Assembly (NCBI GenBank): GCA_964016885.1
Contig: OZ024743.1
Location: 301,382,001 to 301,446,000 of the forward strand
Length of the DNA: 64,000 nucleotides
Direction of reading: 5' to 3'
Source: Eledone cirrhosa
Lineage: Eukaryota
This document shows positions 13,959-28,155 of the stretch, piece by piece. Under the pieces are notes generated by a model. It worked only from the letters and a program-made list of their open reading frames with translations, had not been told where the DNA came from and did not search any database. The translations under genes were made by a program, and so were the position numbers. The stretch's first letter is position 1. The number at the start of each line of letters is the position of its first letter.

Positions 13959-14700
13959 CTTTAAATAAAGCCCTTATTGTACAGCCAAACATGTTACTCA
14001 TATTTCATTAACTTTTATTACTTCAAGTATAACATGCATAGAAATTACCACGATCTCGCTGCATAACTATGGAAACATCTTGTTGTGTCAAACAAAGCCG
14101 TACGTTAAAACTATGCACGACGTGGAATACTCTAACTGGATTACCTATAACGATAACTTGTTATCCCATATATATATATATACATCTCAGTGTGCGAATT
14201 ATTCACTTCCAAGCAATATTATGTCTCAGAAAATATTTCATATTGAAAAAAAATTGAGAGGTACAATAAAAATTGTTTAAAATATATATTGAACCGAAAT
14301 AAAGATTCGGGAGGTGTAGAAAAAACCCAAACTAGGATATCAAGTAATGTAAAACAGAAAGAAATCTACGGAATCAAATACATTAACGTCACATACCATT
14401 TAACTTGGAGGTGTGAATGATATACATCGAAATAAAAATATTGTCAAAGAAATTTCTATCAATTATTGAGTAAATCAATAATATGATATGATTTGTGTTC
14501 CAGGTAACGGTAACTCACCATGAAATCTAACTAATATTTGACAATTCATAGGAAAACATTTTGAGTTGTTTTGATAAACTATATGAAAGTATTATTGCAT
14601 TTGGCCCTCATTGCTCCCTATCTAGACGGCTTGCTACACACAAGCTGAAATGACTAGGTGTCACATTTATGCATTCTTATATATATATATATATATATAT

Positions 14701-15122
14701 ATATTAATAAGAGGAATTCCAACTTTGTCTGATTTACTCGTTTTATTTACAATCCTTTAAATTTTATAATGGTATTATAATGAAATAGTATGATAGAATA
14801 TTAAATTCTAAGGGTTAATTTAACAAGTACTTTCATGCTTTCGCAATCTTCAGGTTCATAATATGTGGTGACAGTCAAGTTTGCAATTTTCAAAGTTGAA
14901 AATTGCAAACTTGACTGTCACCACATATTATGAACCTGAAGATTGCGAAAGCATGAAAGTACTTGTTAAATTAACACTTAGAATTTAATATTCTATCATA
15001 CTATTTCATTATAATACCATTATAAATTTTAAAGGATTGTAAATAAAACGAGTAAATCAGATAAAGTTGGAATTCCTCTTATTAATATAATCTTCTATAC
15101 ACAATCATACACACCCGTGTAT
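14701..15122. mobile_element. Near-perfect ~390-bp fold-back element with HHR in each arm and a ~30-nt unpaired tail
   Basis: Arms 14701-14893 and 14896-15088 are reverse complements; tail TACACAATCATACACACCCGTG; second copy at 59686-60103; sits beside (TA)n. Confidence 0.9.
14933..14967 (+). ncRNA. Minimal type I hammerhead ribozyme (antiparallel copy 14822-14856)
   Basis: AAC CTGAAGA TTGC GAAA GCAT GAAA GTAC TT GTT: intact core, GNRA-capped stem II, palindromic AGTACT stem III, 3-bp stem I. Confidence 0.75.
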
Positions 15123-15137
15123 ATTTCTCTCTCTCTT

Positions 15138-15223
<86 letters not shown>

Positions 15224-15225
15224 TA

Positions 15226-15346
<121 letters not shown>

Positions 15347-18300
15347 ACACACACACGCACATACACACATATATATATACATATATATATATAGTGGTGG
15401 AACACTGGAAGGTAATATCCGTAGTGGTAGAGCAATCAGTCCAAGGGACGAGTTAGGTACAAGTGGTTACACAACAGTTACTTCACCATACCGTGCGTGT
15501 CTCGGTATGTGTGTACATGGCTCTCACTGTAGAGGGATGCATTTGCGTGTATCTATGTATTAATGTTTATACGAGACTGGCACAGTTTAAAAGTTACTTT
15601 TGGTGGAATCACCTAGAAGCCATTCATGTATATAAAAACTCAACGTCTTGTAGGTTGTATTACAAAATAAACATTGCACCACACGAGTGAACCCACGGAA
15701 TCATAAGTCTTCATAAAAGGAAATAACTATACGTACATACCTATGTATATTTTTGTCTCTCTGTATGAATATTTGTACACGTCTGGCTCTGCTTTGGGAT
15801 TGCATGTGTGTTTTATTGTGTGAGGGTGTGTAGATGTATGGGTGCGTGTGTGTGTGTTGTTTCAGAAATGTAGTTGTTGCTTTGAAAACATTTTATGTTA
15901 TACTTCTCAAAATATAATTTGATAAGCAGTATATCAAGCTCTCTGTTGAAGATAATGTTTCGAACATTTTGTAAAAATATATTAAGTGGTACTGATATGT
16001 ACAATTGTTAATATGACTTTGTAAATTAAATATCTGCACATCAAAAGGCAATAATTATATGTGTTCTATTAGACTATGTATTGATATCACATTTATTTAG
16101 TAATCAACGAATTGGGAAGCAACATGAACTGTGATTTCGTAACTCTCATGGAATTTTGAGTAATCGATATTCATAAATATTAAATTATTCACGATAATCA
16201 TCTTATTCGGGATACGATGTTGATGAAGATGTACAAAGCATTCAAATAAGAGGAAAGGTTTATCTGAAAAGTAGTTATGGAAACTGTAATGCGTGTATGT
16301 CATAATGCTGTTCGTCTTCTGGGGCTGCGTGAACGTGTATCGATTGCAAAATAAAGGGGGACTATTTCTCCCGTTGAAATATTGACAGATTGAATAAGGT
16401 TGATTCACACAACAAAGTGTCATGAATAACAGAAGGTGCGAGGATTCATATGGAATAGATCGTTGATACATAACTTATTGATTTAATAACATTTATACAG
16501 AAAATGATATGTATTAAAGTTAGATAACAGCATTTTAAATATCATGACATGAAGTAATTACCCAGGTGCATACTGTCAACATTTTAGGCGTTCACGATAT
16601 CCGTTTAGTTTCAATTTGAACAAAGATTTTGCAAGACGTTTAAATTAAACGATTGTCATATCAGTTTTGAAATTATTTGGTGTGTAGCAAGTATTTGATA
16701 TTAAATTTGGAAGAAACCCCAAGCAAGTCCACACTTTAACTGTGCATTAGTTATTTTGAACATTCATATACATCTGAAGATAGGTATGTTTAAAAAAAAA
16801 GTATTATTGTTTGTATAGTCGAATAGCATAGTCATAAATGACGTGCTTCACCTGTGAACATTTAAAAGGTAAATTTGATCTCGGTAGGCTCTGAATTCTG
16901 AGCATGGAGTGGTGAATAATCAATGAAAGCTGTTCGCCTGCTGAGTCCCCTTTCTGCCAATAACTATTCGTCAATATGAATATATGACTTGTATACAAAT
17001 TCAACAGAGACGAGTAAAATCCTTTGATGAATCTCTACGGAGTCATCATCAATATTATCACCACGTTTTTTATGGCTAATTTAGTCACTTGCTTGTTTTA
17101 GACTGTTTCATGCTTTCAGGCTACGGAGGTCAATTGATGGCGTCTTTCTCAAATGTTCCATCCTGGGATATTTGCTAGCCAGAATCCATTTAAAAAACAA
17201 AGACTTAATGGCTTTTACCGCGAGAAACATATCGTTATGTCCCAGATCCATATGACAAGCTGAACAGTTTTTTATCATGTCATCAATATTAACAGTTTAC
17301 AGAATAGATTGAGCATATTTTAATGTGTTAGCAGCAGTGCCACTGGATGTGCAGTTAAAATAGTGGGGGGGGGGGCGTTAGATAGACAGCATGCTGGTTG
17401 AAGTATGTAAGACTGAGGGAGAAATGTGGCCTTAAAAGTGACATATGATGGGATATAGTGAACATAATTCGTCCTCCCATGCTGTTGTATTTGGTCGGGG
17501 AGTAGGGATTCAGTGATGTGATCGAGGAGAGTAACTGTTTGGTCTTGCGAGTCATCTTGAAAGGGATATCTGGCAGCACATTTTGGTGGTGTGTTCGTCT
17601 TTCCATCATGACATGTTTTGGACAATGAAGGAGGATATAGGGATGTGAATAGGAAGGAGGATGAAAGTTGAGCAGCAGTGGGAAGGTCAATTCTGTAAAA
17701 GGTAACAAAAACCAGTTGGGAAGGTGTAATAATAGAAATGTTGGAAATTCGATGAAAGAATGTCGATAGAACACTGTATATTGCTTCACTATTCAGACAC
17801 CTTCTATACTATTTATGCTACGGTTATAAGTATAGTAAAACTAAGCAATACACTAAGATCAATGTTAAATGATGAATGTGAAAATATGTATGCATAAGCG
17901 TTTTAATGTAATCGAAACCACGCTAGAAACATATTTCCAATTAGCGCTAATGAAGTTGAACATCACAACATATTATAATAATTTGTCTTAATGTCATGAG
18001 AAATAGTCTCGAGAGACATTGCAAGTTTTAGATGCTAAAATTAATTTCTATCAACAATCTCTATTTAGGAATTTATCTCATGAATATATAGGAAGAGATA
18101 ACGAGCAGCCCCAAAGTTACATGACTGGTTCTAAAATGTATATATTATGCATTATCATTTGAATTAGCCTCAGGCAAACAACAACTAAATGACGTGTTCA
18201 TACATATTTTTTAATAGTATCGGATATACCGATGCATTGATGCATAGGTACACAGGTACACAAATTCATTTGAATAATTTCTCTTGTTATAAGGATAGAT

Positions 18301-18520
18301 CTGCATACAGGCACTTGCATGATTAATATTATCCTCAGTTTGACTTCATGTACAATGTATTTTAGAGGATCCTGCAATTGTTATCTCCTTTATCAAACTT
18401 AGCATAGAGTGCAAGGTAAACGACTTGCTTTACACTGCATGCTGTGGGAACTAATCTGCCAGGTTCGAAATATGGGAGCGTTTATTACATGGCTATGTTT
18501 GATGTCAATTATACATAATT

Positions 18521-18681
18521 GGTGGATTGGCAATATCGATAGAGGGTCGGACACCATGCTTTGATGGATATAGTTACAGCCCTTGCCATTCTGAGTTCAA
18601 ATCCCGCCGTGGTCGATAAAATGAAGTACTAGTAATGTACTGCGTAATTACTGGCCTTGTGTCAAAAGTAGAAACAATTAT
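18521..18681 (+). mobile_element. tRNA-derived SINE (internally deleted)
   Basis: A-box-like TGGCAATATCGA, B-box GAGTTCAAATCCC and the shared 3' body. Confidence 0.8.
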
Positions 18682-18773
18682 ACAAAAATATTTAACGTTC
18701 CCAAACACACACCCACACCCACTTATAAACACTCACACTCACACATACATACACGCGCATACATACATAAATG

Positions 18774-18809
<36 letters not shown>

Positions 18810-18880
18810 CGTGACTATATACTCTCCACATGTTCCACTTTGGAACAGTGATTATTAATTTCATTATTGTTCTATCAAAG

Positions 18881-19012
18881 GGCGGTGGATTGGCAGTATC
18901 GGTAGAGGGTCGGACGCCATGCTTTCCAGCATAGTTACGTCCCTTTACGATCAGAGTTCAGTAATGCACTGGGCAATTGCTGGTCTTGTGCCTAAAGTAG
19001 AAAACAAAAATA
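18881..19012 (+). mobile_element. tRNA-derived SINE (internally deleted)
   Basis: GGCGGTGGATTGGCAGTATCGGTAGAGGGTCGGAC head and GCTGGTCTTGTGCCTAAAGTAGAAA tail shared with the other copies. Confidence 0.78.
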
Positions 19013-19512
19013 TTGTTCTATCATTGTTCTGTTAATGTTACCTCTTCTATACACGGACACAAGTTTGCATCTCATAATAGCTATGTGTAGTATATCACAG
19101 GGACGCACGCACCTTCTCCTGTACCCCCCCCCACACACACACTTTATTTTTTATTTTACCCGTTCCTTTATTTTGCCCCTTCTTTTCTTGTACCTATTCA
19201 TGCAGTTACATACAAATTTTAAGGTACCCTAAAATATTGTAAATTTATTTATTTATTTTATTTTATTATCATATTGTGTTTGTATTCGCGTGTTTTTATG
19301 TGTGGACCTGTGTGTAGGTATACGTACATGTGTGTGAGTAGATGCGTATGTATGTATATGTATATACGTGGGTGGGAGGTGGTGTGTGTGTATGGGCATG
19401 GGTGCGTGTGTGTATGAGCTTATACGCGCCTGTATGTGCAGACATGTGCATGTATATACATATGGGGCGGAAAGTGGATGTATGTGTGTATGTGTATATG
19501 TGTGTCTATATA

Positions 19513-19574
<62 letters not shown>

Positions 19575-19840
19575 TATCTATAGATGTGTGAGTATGTACG
19601 TATAGCCACGTATGAGTAGGTGAGTGCGTGTGTGGGTGGGTAAGTGTGCGTATATATGTCTGTGTATATGTATATATATGGGTATGTGTGTGGGTGCAGG
19701 TGCATGCATATGCGAGCCTCTATATGTGTGTATGTGTATTTGTGCATACAAGTATGTGTTTATGTGTATCTCATAGGAATGTGTGCGGATGATTATATAT
19801 GGACTATATATGCTTTTTTATTATTACTATTATTCTCAAA

Positions 19841-20033
19841 GGCGATGGATTGGCAGTATCAGTTAATGGTCGGACACCATGCTTTGAAGCAAAGAGTTAC
19901 GGCCCTTTATGGTCTGAGTTCAAATCCGGCCGAGGTTAACTTTGCCTCTCATCCTTACGAGGTCGATAAAATAAAGTACCAGTAATGTACTGGTTAATTG
20001 CTGGCCTTGTGCCAAAAGTAGAAACAATTATTA
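19841..20033 (+). mobile_element. tRNA-derived SINE, full length
   Basis: A/B boxes, shared body and (TTA)-type tail. Confidence 0.85.
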
Positions 20034-20135
20034 CTATTATTCTAATTGTATTGCTTTATCACATATCCTTTATATATATATACGTATTAGTATGTTTGAG
20101 TCTGTGTATATGTGTGTGTGTGTGTATGTATATAT

Positions 20136-20198
<63 letters not shown>

Positions 20199-20529
20199 GG
20201 GGAGATATATATATACAATATTTTATGTTATATTACATTGTATATATTTTACGGAGCCGTAATTTACCATTATTTTATGGTATATTGTTGTTTTTTTTTA
20301 TTTCATAATGTATTTTTAACTTTTAATTTACAGTTGTGTTTATATATGTATATGTCGTAGCACATGTGTGTGTAGGCAGACATGTATTTGTGCAGGTGAA
20401 TGCATGTGGAAACACGTATGCGTATGCATGTAGAAGTATGTAAATCGGCATATGCGTAGGTATTTGTATTATGTATATATGTGGATGTGCGTATGCATGT
20501 TAATTTGTCTCTTTTCTTTTGTGTGTATG

Positions 20530-20564
<35 letters not shown>

Positions 20565-20658
20565 ATGTACGTGTGTAGGTAATGTTTATGTACGTATGTG
20601 TATGTGTATGTATGTGTGGATATGTGTGAGTATACATATTTATATGTGTGTATGTATG

Positions 20659-20700
<42 letters not shown>

Positions 20701-20705
<5 letters not shown>

Positions 20706-21014
20706 ATAATAATAAATTTGAAGACTAAAATCCAAAGAGGGCTCGATAAGGATAAATATATATCGAATATATAAGAACCGTAGAGGAAATATATGTTTTC
20801 ACCGCTCCTATTATTGACGTATTGTATTCGTTTTTTCCCGTTCTTAGCCAGCGAACGTTCCACGAACCAAAGTATCGTCTTCCTGTCTTCCTCCGGTTGC
20901 AACGTTTTTTGAAATATCCACTTCTGCGTTTACAGATTGACTTTGTTAGTTTCAGAAGATCCCGTTAAGGCTGAAAGCAGCTATTCTTTGCTTAAACTTT
21001 AATCTGTTATTTTA

Positions 21015-21020
<6 letters not shown>
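20701..21020 (+). mobile_element. Non-autonomous pLTR-derived element (family also at 44678-45073, 46700-46932, 55271-55473, 55990-56105)
   Basis: Inverted terminal segment 20701-20785 plus a body ending CAGAAGA TCCC GTTAA GGCT GAAA GCAGC TA...CTGTTATTTTAATAAA; between (TA)n tracts. Confidence 0.75.
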
Positions 21021-21104
<84 letters not shown>

Positions 21105-21383
21105 ATGCACATGTGTGTATATATGTATATATGTGTATGTATGTGTGTATGTATATATGTGTGTGTATGAGTGTGTATATATAGATATATATATATATAT
21201 ATACATATGTATAGATGGTTGGGAGTATGTATATGTGCGCGCGTATGTATGTATATATGTATATGTTTGAGTAGGATATGCTTATCCCAACTGATACAGT
21301 GAGCGAAGTAAGCAGCCGTCAGAAGGCTTATATATATATATAGAGAGAGATATAGATATATATACATATTTATATATCTATCA

Positions 21384-21417
<34 letters not shown>

Positions 21418-21578
21418 TCATATATATATATATATATACATATCGGTATGTATGCTTGAGTCTGTGTAAGTGTGTGTTAAGGAATTGTTAAGTGTTATGT
21501 ATATTTGAGGTCAAACATAGCCATATATCGAACCTGGCAGATATAAATATATATAGGAATATTATATATATATATATA

Positions 21579-21814
21579 TCATTCATTCTCAGCCCCCCGC
21601 TCCTCGTCACGGTCTCCACCTCATGTATCAACTACTCTGCCTCCTTCATTGTGTTGGTCACCAGAACTATGTCGTCAGTAAATTCAGCATCTGATATCTT
21701 TTTCCCCTGAGGAGACACGGGTCTCTTGTAGACGCAAGACATGGCAGCGATGATCAGGGGACAGAGAGCGCTGGAAATAACTCGTCCATGTATCTTGGGA
21801 ATGTTACCCACCTT
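21579..21814. mobile_element. Short RTE-clade LINE insertion with 5' inversion
   Basis: 21579-21708 matches the RT motif region (ISDAEFTDDIV) on minus; 21709-21814 matches the 3' end of the 56117-59350 LINE on plus. Confidence 0.8.
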
Positions 21815-22347
21815 GTATATATATATATATGAATATATATGTATGTATATCTGTATGATTTTACGTGTAGTATATGGAATAATACAAGTGATGATTATGA
21901 AAAGTATTTCAGAGCATTTAGCTGTGAATATTTAACGTTGTGACCAACGTCACGCATACTTGTCTCAGGAAAACAAGCAGAAGGAAATAATCGATGACAT
22001 TGTTTGACACTTTTTGGTGATTTCCAATGTTACACATCGCTTATGCTGAGATTACAATAAGCTCGATTCATATATTTGTTGCTTATGTATATGAGATGAA
22101 GAATGTCTTTAAAAATGTATCTGATTCTAGTTTACTTTACCTCAGCTGAAATGAGCTGGATACATAGCATTGGGAAACGCCAAAATGTATATAACAGCTA
22201 CTATGACTTACTTCACCTTTCTTTGGCTTAAACAAGGATTGTGAGGCGTTGGTCAGAAGCTTAGAAAATGCATTCAAATATATTTCATAAACTTTTCGCT
22301 TTTATTTCATCGACAACGCGAACATATGATAAGTTAGAGCACCAGTA

Positions 22348-22393
<46 letters not shown>

Positions 22394-22411
22394 TAACAGA
22401 CTTATTATTAT

Positions 22412-22476
<65 letters not shown>

Positions 22477-25095
22477 TGTGTATATATATATATATATGTG
22501 TATATGTATGTGTATGTACATATGTGTGTATATATATGTGTATATATATATGTGTATATATATATATGTGTGTGTGTGTGTATGTGTGTGTGTATGTGTG
22601 CGTGTGTGTGTGTATGTGGAGGGGATTTGGTAATATTGTTTTGCTTTTTAAAACGCAAGAAATATTAAACAATTGCACATAACCTTAAAACTTAAAGCAT
22701 TACATACAGTATGTTTGAATCGTTTATCTAGATCCATTAGTTTTATGCATGCATTACTAAGGCACCATTGTTTATCCAAGTCGCTAGGTTGCCAACTGCC
22801 GAAACTTTCATTTCCCTAAAGTTGTGTGCGGGTTCGAAGCGTCTAACGAATTATGTCACATACAGTTGCTTATAAAGAATACGAAATGAACTATTTCGTT
22901 ATATACGTGCTCGACTTTTCATCAAATAGACAGTAACGCATCTTTCCAGACATACACATCACAACACAAACATACGCATACGCATAAAAGCACGTGTATA
23001 CAGTATACAGTTGCTTACACATGGAATTGCAACGGACATTTGTTTTTGCTAAACGAAAGTCATAATTATAAATTCGATTCGATATATATTATACTGATCT
23101 TGACGTGAGGACAAATTAGCAACAATAATTCTATAGATTATGAGATATAACTTATTATTAACATATTGTCCAATCATACAAGAAATAAAGCCCCTCTATT
23201 TGGAAATTCATATATTTAGATCCACATTTCTTTTCAACATGTAGTAAATGGAATTATATAACAATTCTCCATCTTTCTCAGAAATCAACTAATTTGACAT
23301 TCATGATTAAATCGAAGGAATATTTTAGACACTGCTTGGTGTGGAAATTCATTGAAGTGCCCAAATATTTGCAATGTTTACACGGAGACTTATACGGTTT
23401 GTTCTTAACGCATCCACAACGCTTTGAATAATTCCGGTCTAATATTTCATTCCAGCTTAATAATATGTGCTAAATTTACCTCTGACGTTGAAATCTTAAT
23501 ACTTAACTAATCTACACACATGGTACCTTAACTGGTAGTCGTTATTCAATATGTTTTAAATGTTAACATGTATGGTTCTTGAAGTTTTAGATTTCCATCC
23601 TTTCAATACATTTACACGGACATGTCATTTGATCTCAAACGTTAAATAAAATGGGTGAATATACTCAGATATTCTTCAAATAAACGAAAAGACGATAGTA
23701 TTAATTATGTCCACATTACGTAAAACAATAGTATGCCATACTAAAATGATTTGAATGAATCGATTATGTAATTTAGGAAGTTGTGTGTTGGTGGTTTGGA
23801 TTAAGCTTGTAAGGGTGTGTTTACTTTGTTTGTTGTAACAAGCAACTTTAGAAATCATTTCGTTTAAGTAAGAATAATTAATATTTGCATTAATTGGATT
23901 GAAACGTTTTTATTTTTTCTATATTATAACGACCTCTTATACATACCAAGGCCTAATAACCTAACGCATTGTTGACAACTCTGTATGAATTAGTCATTCG
24001 ATGCATAATACATGAACACCACTAAGTGTGGTCTCTCAAGAAATACGTAATTAGATTATGAAATAGACAACATGTTTCTCCGGTAAATAATCTACTCGAA
24101 TTGCCGATATATAAATGACACTTCACATGATCGATGGAAAATGTTAAGAATTTTGAGAGAGATGTAATCAACTTGTTCATAAATGTACGAATCTGACATG
24201 ATCCGAATCATTTTCTAAGCAATATCAATTGCACTCACCATCTCAAACATTCTTTCAAGGATACCTCACTCTTGACAAAAGATACTTCTACCTAAGAATG
24301 TCAGCAATACTCACAAATATTCTCCAGCCTAAGAGTGCCAGCAATACCCACAAACCTAATATTACAACACAAAACGAACTAAAACAAAGAGACAAATCTT
24401 GCCACAGTATTAATGATAGAAATCCAAACAAAACGCCATGCAAGGCAGCGGCTCTCGCATTACTCACGATGATTACAATCCATGCTAATGAGACATGCGT
24501 ATAGTAATTAAATCCTTCCAAGTTTCTGACAATTCTGATATCAGAATTTCGATGGGAAAGCATTATCATAAAAAAAGAATTGGTTTACTAGCCTTTAGAT
24601 ATCACCAAAAAACGTGCAGAGTAGTGATGTGGTTCATAAAAATAATTAGGAATGAAACATCATTTAAATTATGACGAATATTTGGTGGTTATAAAGGGAA
24701 CCTCATATCTTATTGGTCATCTCTGTAGCTAGTTATAATTTTGTTGAGCTTGCACACTTTTTAGGATTATTTTTTCCTAGGTATCCCCATGCAACGCACA
24801 TATACCAATTGTTATGGTGTCTACAAAAACGAGTTTCCAGCGACGTCTATATTATAAAAGGCCAGGACACTACGGATGCAGGAGATATTTTATAGGAATT
24901 CCCATGGAAGTTAGCATAAATAGATCTCCCATAATTAACTAAAAAACAAAACAAATGCTAACGAGAATAGACCACTCTTGACACATTGTGTCACTTTCAT
25001 TTAAAGATATTTCTTTAAAAACATGATCACTTAAAAATAAATTTTAAATCATTAGAATATACACAGTCATGTAAAATGAAATTGGAAGGACCATA

Positions 25096-25168
<73 letters not shown>

Positions 25169-25221
25169 GTGTGTTTGTGTGTGGGTGCTTGCGTTTGTGT
25201 GTGTATGAGTGTATGTTTGTG

Positions 25222-25300
<79 letters not shown>

Positions 25301-25792
25301 ATATATATATATGAGGATGGCTGCCCCCTCGTTAATGAGTATGTCCATTGTACGATAAAAAAAGAACACATATATATATTAATAATTAACGGTGCTACGA
25401 TCGAATGTGACTTTTTAGCACAGCCAATGGTCTAAAATGTATTGCAGCGTTGGCAACCATAATAAAAATAATCACTGGCAATAGCCAGCACTAGTTGGAC
25501 TTTTCAGTCAACGATCAAATCTTATATAAACAACAACAGCAACGAAACAATAAATCTAAACAACGACACACTAACAGCTTCAATTGTACGCACGCTCTCA
25601 TAAGATAGCAGTTGCCACATCTATACTATGAGTAATTACAGTAATATATATATATGTTTGTGTGTTAGTGTGTGTAAGTGAGTCACGTGTGCGTTTGTTA
25701 GTTTGAATGCATGAGTGTTTGTGAGTGAATGTGTGTGAGTGTGCGTGTGTGAGTGTGTGTGTGGGGGCGGGTGTGGGTGTTTCGCATGTATT

Positions 25793-25924
25793 GGCGCCAT
25801 GCTTTGACGCATAGAGTTACGGTCCTTGCCATTCTCAGTTCAAATCCCGCCGGGTTGATAAAATAAAGTACCAGTAATGCAGTGGTTAATTGCTGGCCTT
25901 GTGCGACAACGTAGAAACAATTAT
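25793..25924 (+). mobile_element. tRNA-derived SINE, truncated
   Basis: CAGTTCAAATCCCGCC...GATAAAATAAAGTACCAGT...GTAGAAACAATTA. Confidence 0.75.
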
Positions 25925-26008
25925 CTTCTTAAAACGTACGTTTGAAGCAACTCCCGGTCTTCTTGCTTCGACATGTCACAGGATTGAGAGAGTGGTACTC
26001 GTATTGTT

Positions 26009-26443
26009 CAAGTGTTTACCGCTATAATATACAGTTGTACAGGTGTCAGATAATTTAACTATGGAGATATAAAATATACAGAAGCGAAAACCAACCCAAA
26101 CAAAACAGTGAGTGTGTTCTGTTATAATTTCTGCCAATATTATAACAATGTATATATATATATATGTAAGTATGTATGTATGTATACGTACATACATATA
26201 TGTATACAGACGTACAGTAGTATGTATATATATACATACATGCACACATTTATATATGCACGTATCGGTTTACCGAGCATTTATTATAATGCTCGGTTTG
26301 TTTTTTTGTAAACAAACCGAGCATTATATAAATGTCCGGTAAACCGATACGTGCATATATAAATGTGCGCACGTATGTATATATATACATACTACTGTAC
26401 GTCTGTATACATATATGTATGTACGTATACATACATACATACT

Positions 26444-26501
<58 letters not shown>

Positions 26502-27191
26502 CATGCACACAAACACACACAAACATATATATATATATATATATATATTGCTATATTTGGGGAGGATCATATTGTTATAATATTGCAAGAATTTTAACAG
26601 AACACACTCACTGTTTTGTTTGGGTTGGTTTTCGCTTCTGTATATTTTATATCTCCATAGTTAAATTATCTGCCAATATATATATATGAGTGACACCTGT
26701 ACAACTGTATATTATAGCGGTAAACACTTGTTTGTTTGTAAACAAACAAACAGCCCGAATTACGCCGTACAGTATTTAGGCAACGTTAACCTTTTGTTCA
26801 ACACTGCCACAGGAAAGATGTACTAGGTTCAAGCTTATTAGCTATCGTCAGCATCATATAACTTCCTGCCAGATGGTTGAACGTCTGGAAGTATATACTT
26901 TCCTTATGCATATTAACGGCTGAGCAGCCTAATTTTCATATCGCGAGAGTTCAGTCGGCCGGGCCCACCGAAAACGATAAATCGAATAGAATGAAACGAA
27001 ATTTCATTTCTCACTCTTAGTACACCACTTACTTAAATGTAAGTATGTATGTATACGTACATACATATATATATAGAGACGTACATTAGTATGTATATAT
27101 ATACATACATGCACACATATATATATGCACGTATCGGTTTACCGAACATTGTACTAAGAGTGAGAAATGAAATTTCGTTTGATTCTATTCT
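26009..27191. repeat. ~720-bp palindrome with nested hairpins, plus an adjacent short inverted repeat enclosing a third copy of its inner segment
   Basis: 26009-26302 vs 26310-26730 are reverse complements; 26983-27024 vs 27151-27191 inverted; 27037-27150 repeats 26163-26280. Confidence 0.88.
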
Positions 27192-27576
27192 ATATATATA
27201 TACATTTATATTTGTATTTTTCTCCCGAGTCTTACAATTAACCTGTTAATAATTCTATTGACATGAGTTTATTGTAAATTCTACCTGGCTGAGTGCTTAT
27301 TATTGTGCTATTATGCAATTTTTTGCATGATTTACACATACTGAATTCATTTGCCAACATCTGGGGTTCCCTCTGTGAGTTATTCATGTGCTTTTACAAA
27401 ACACTACGTCATTCACAACACTAGCACATAACAAAATACCTGTTGATAACGTGATATTCCTTGTTCGATCATTATACCAAAACCTTATAGTTCTAAGCAT
27501 ACAGTATTATTGACTTAGGTGTCATAGAAACCCTGTATTTGTATTTTACCATCAATTCCAATGGGACCAGGTTGGC

Positions 27577-27619
<43 letters not shown>

Positions 27620-27896
27620 ATGTGTGTGTGTATGATTTGATCATTTATTTTGTCTGACCTGTTTAGCTTGTCTTGTTGTTTCGGTTAGGTGGTTAATGCG
27701 TTCTTCACTGCCTTTTCAGCTTGTATGGCGTTTATAACATATGTTTTAGGTCTGTTTTTCTTAAACTATGGAGCGCTTGCCAGCGTGACTCTGAACTTTC
27801 GTTATTGTTCGCCTTTTCTACACGGCGAAATGCGATTCTCGCTTAATTTATATATATATATACATACATATATATATATATACATAGATATATATG

Positions 27897-28097
27897 AAGC
27901 AAAGGAGTTGTGGGAAGCAACCAGATGGACCATAACGTACCATAGTACTCAATGCTTAGTGTAGTAGAGTGGGTAATAGGAAAATGTCTGACCCCGACGG
28001 CAGGGCTCAAGCCGTTTCCACGGCTATTTCTTGACACGAAAGGTCCATAAATAACCGCCGAAACGGCTTCAGCTCTGTCGTAGGGGTCAAACATTTT

Positions 28098-28101
<4 letters not shown>
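27897..28101. mobile_element. Short inverted-repeat element family (also 34797-34920, 35146-35197, 55551-55733)
   Basis: Shared GGACCATAACG..AGTACTCAAT..GTAGTAGAGTGGGTAATAGGAAAA and CGACGGCAGAGCTCAAGCCGTTTC; internal IR ~27977-28025/28052-28101; beside (TA)n. Confidence 0.75.

Positions 28102-28155
<54 letters not shown>

Larger units (their letters stand above)
10668..14168 (+). mobile_element. Penelope-like retroelement (Naiad-type), near full length, with inverted 5' pLTR fragment
   Basis: ORF remnant 10874-13289. 10668-10829 is the reverse complement of ~13850-14012. Flanked by (TA)n; 3x ~36-bp tandem repeat at ~13700-13805. Confidence 0.9.

Noticed and set aside
17320-17789. Possible decayed LINE C-terminus (ILLHCPK, FYRHSF)
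   Set aside because: Too few motifs to assign.
24288-24569. Possible host exon encoding a hydrophobic segment, ending near an AG/GT on minus
   Set aside because: No recognisable protein family or partner exons; cannot be supported without RNA or homology data.
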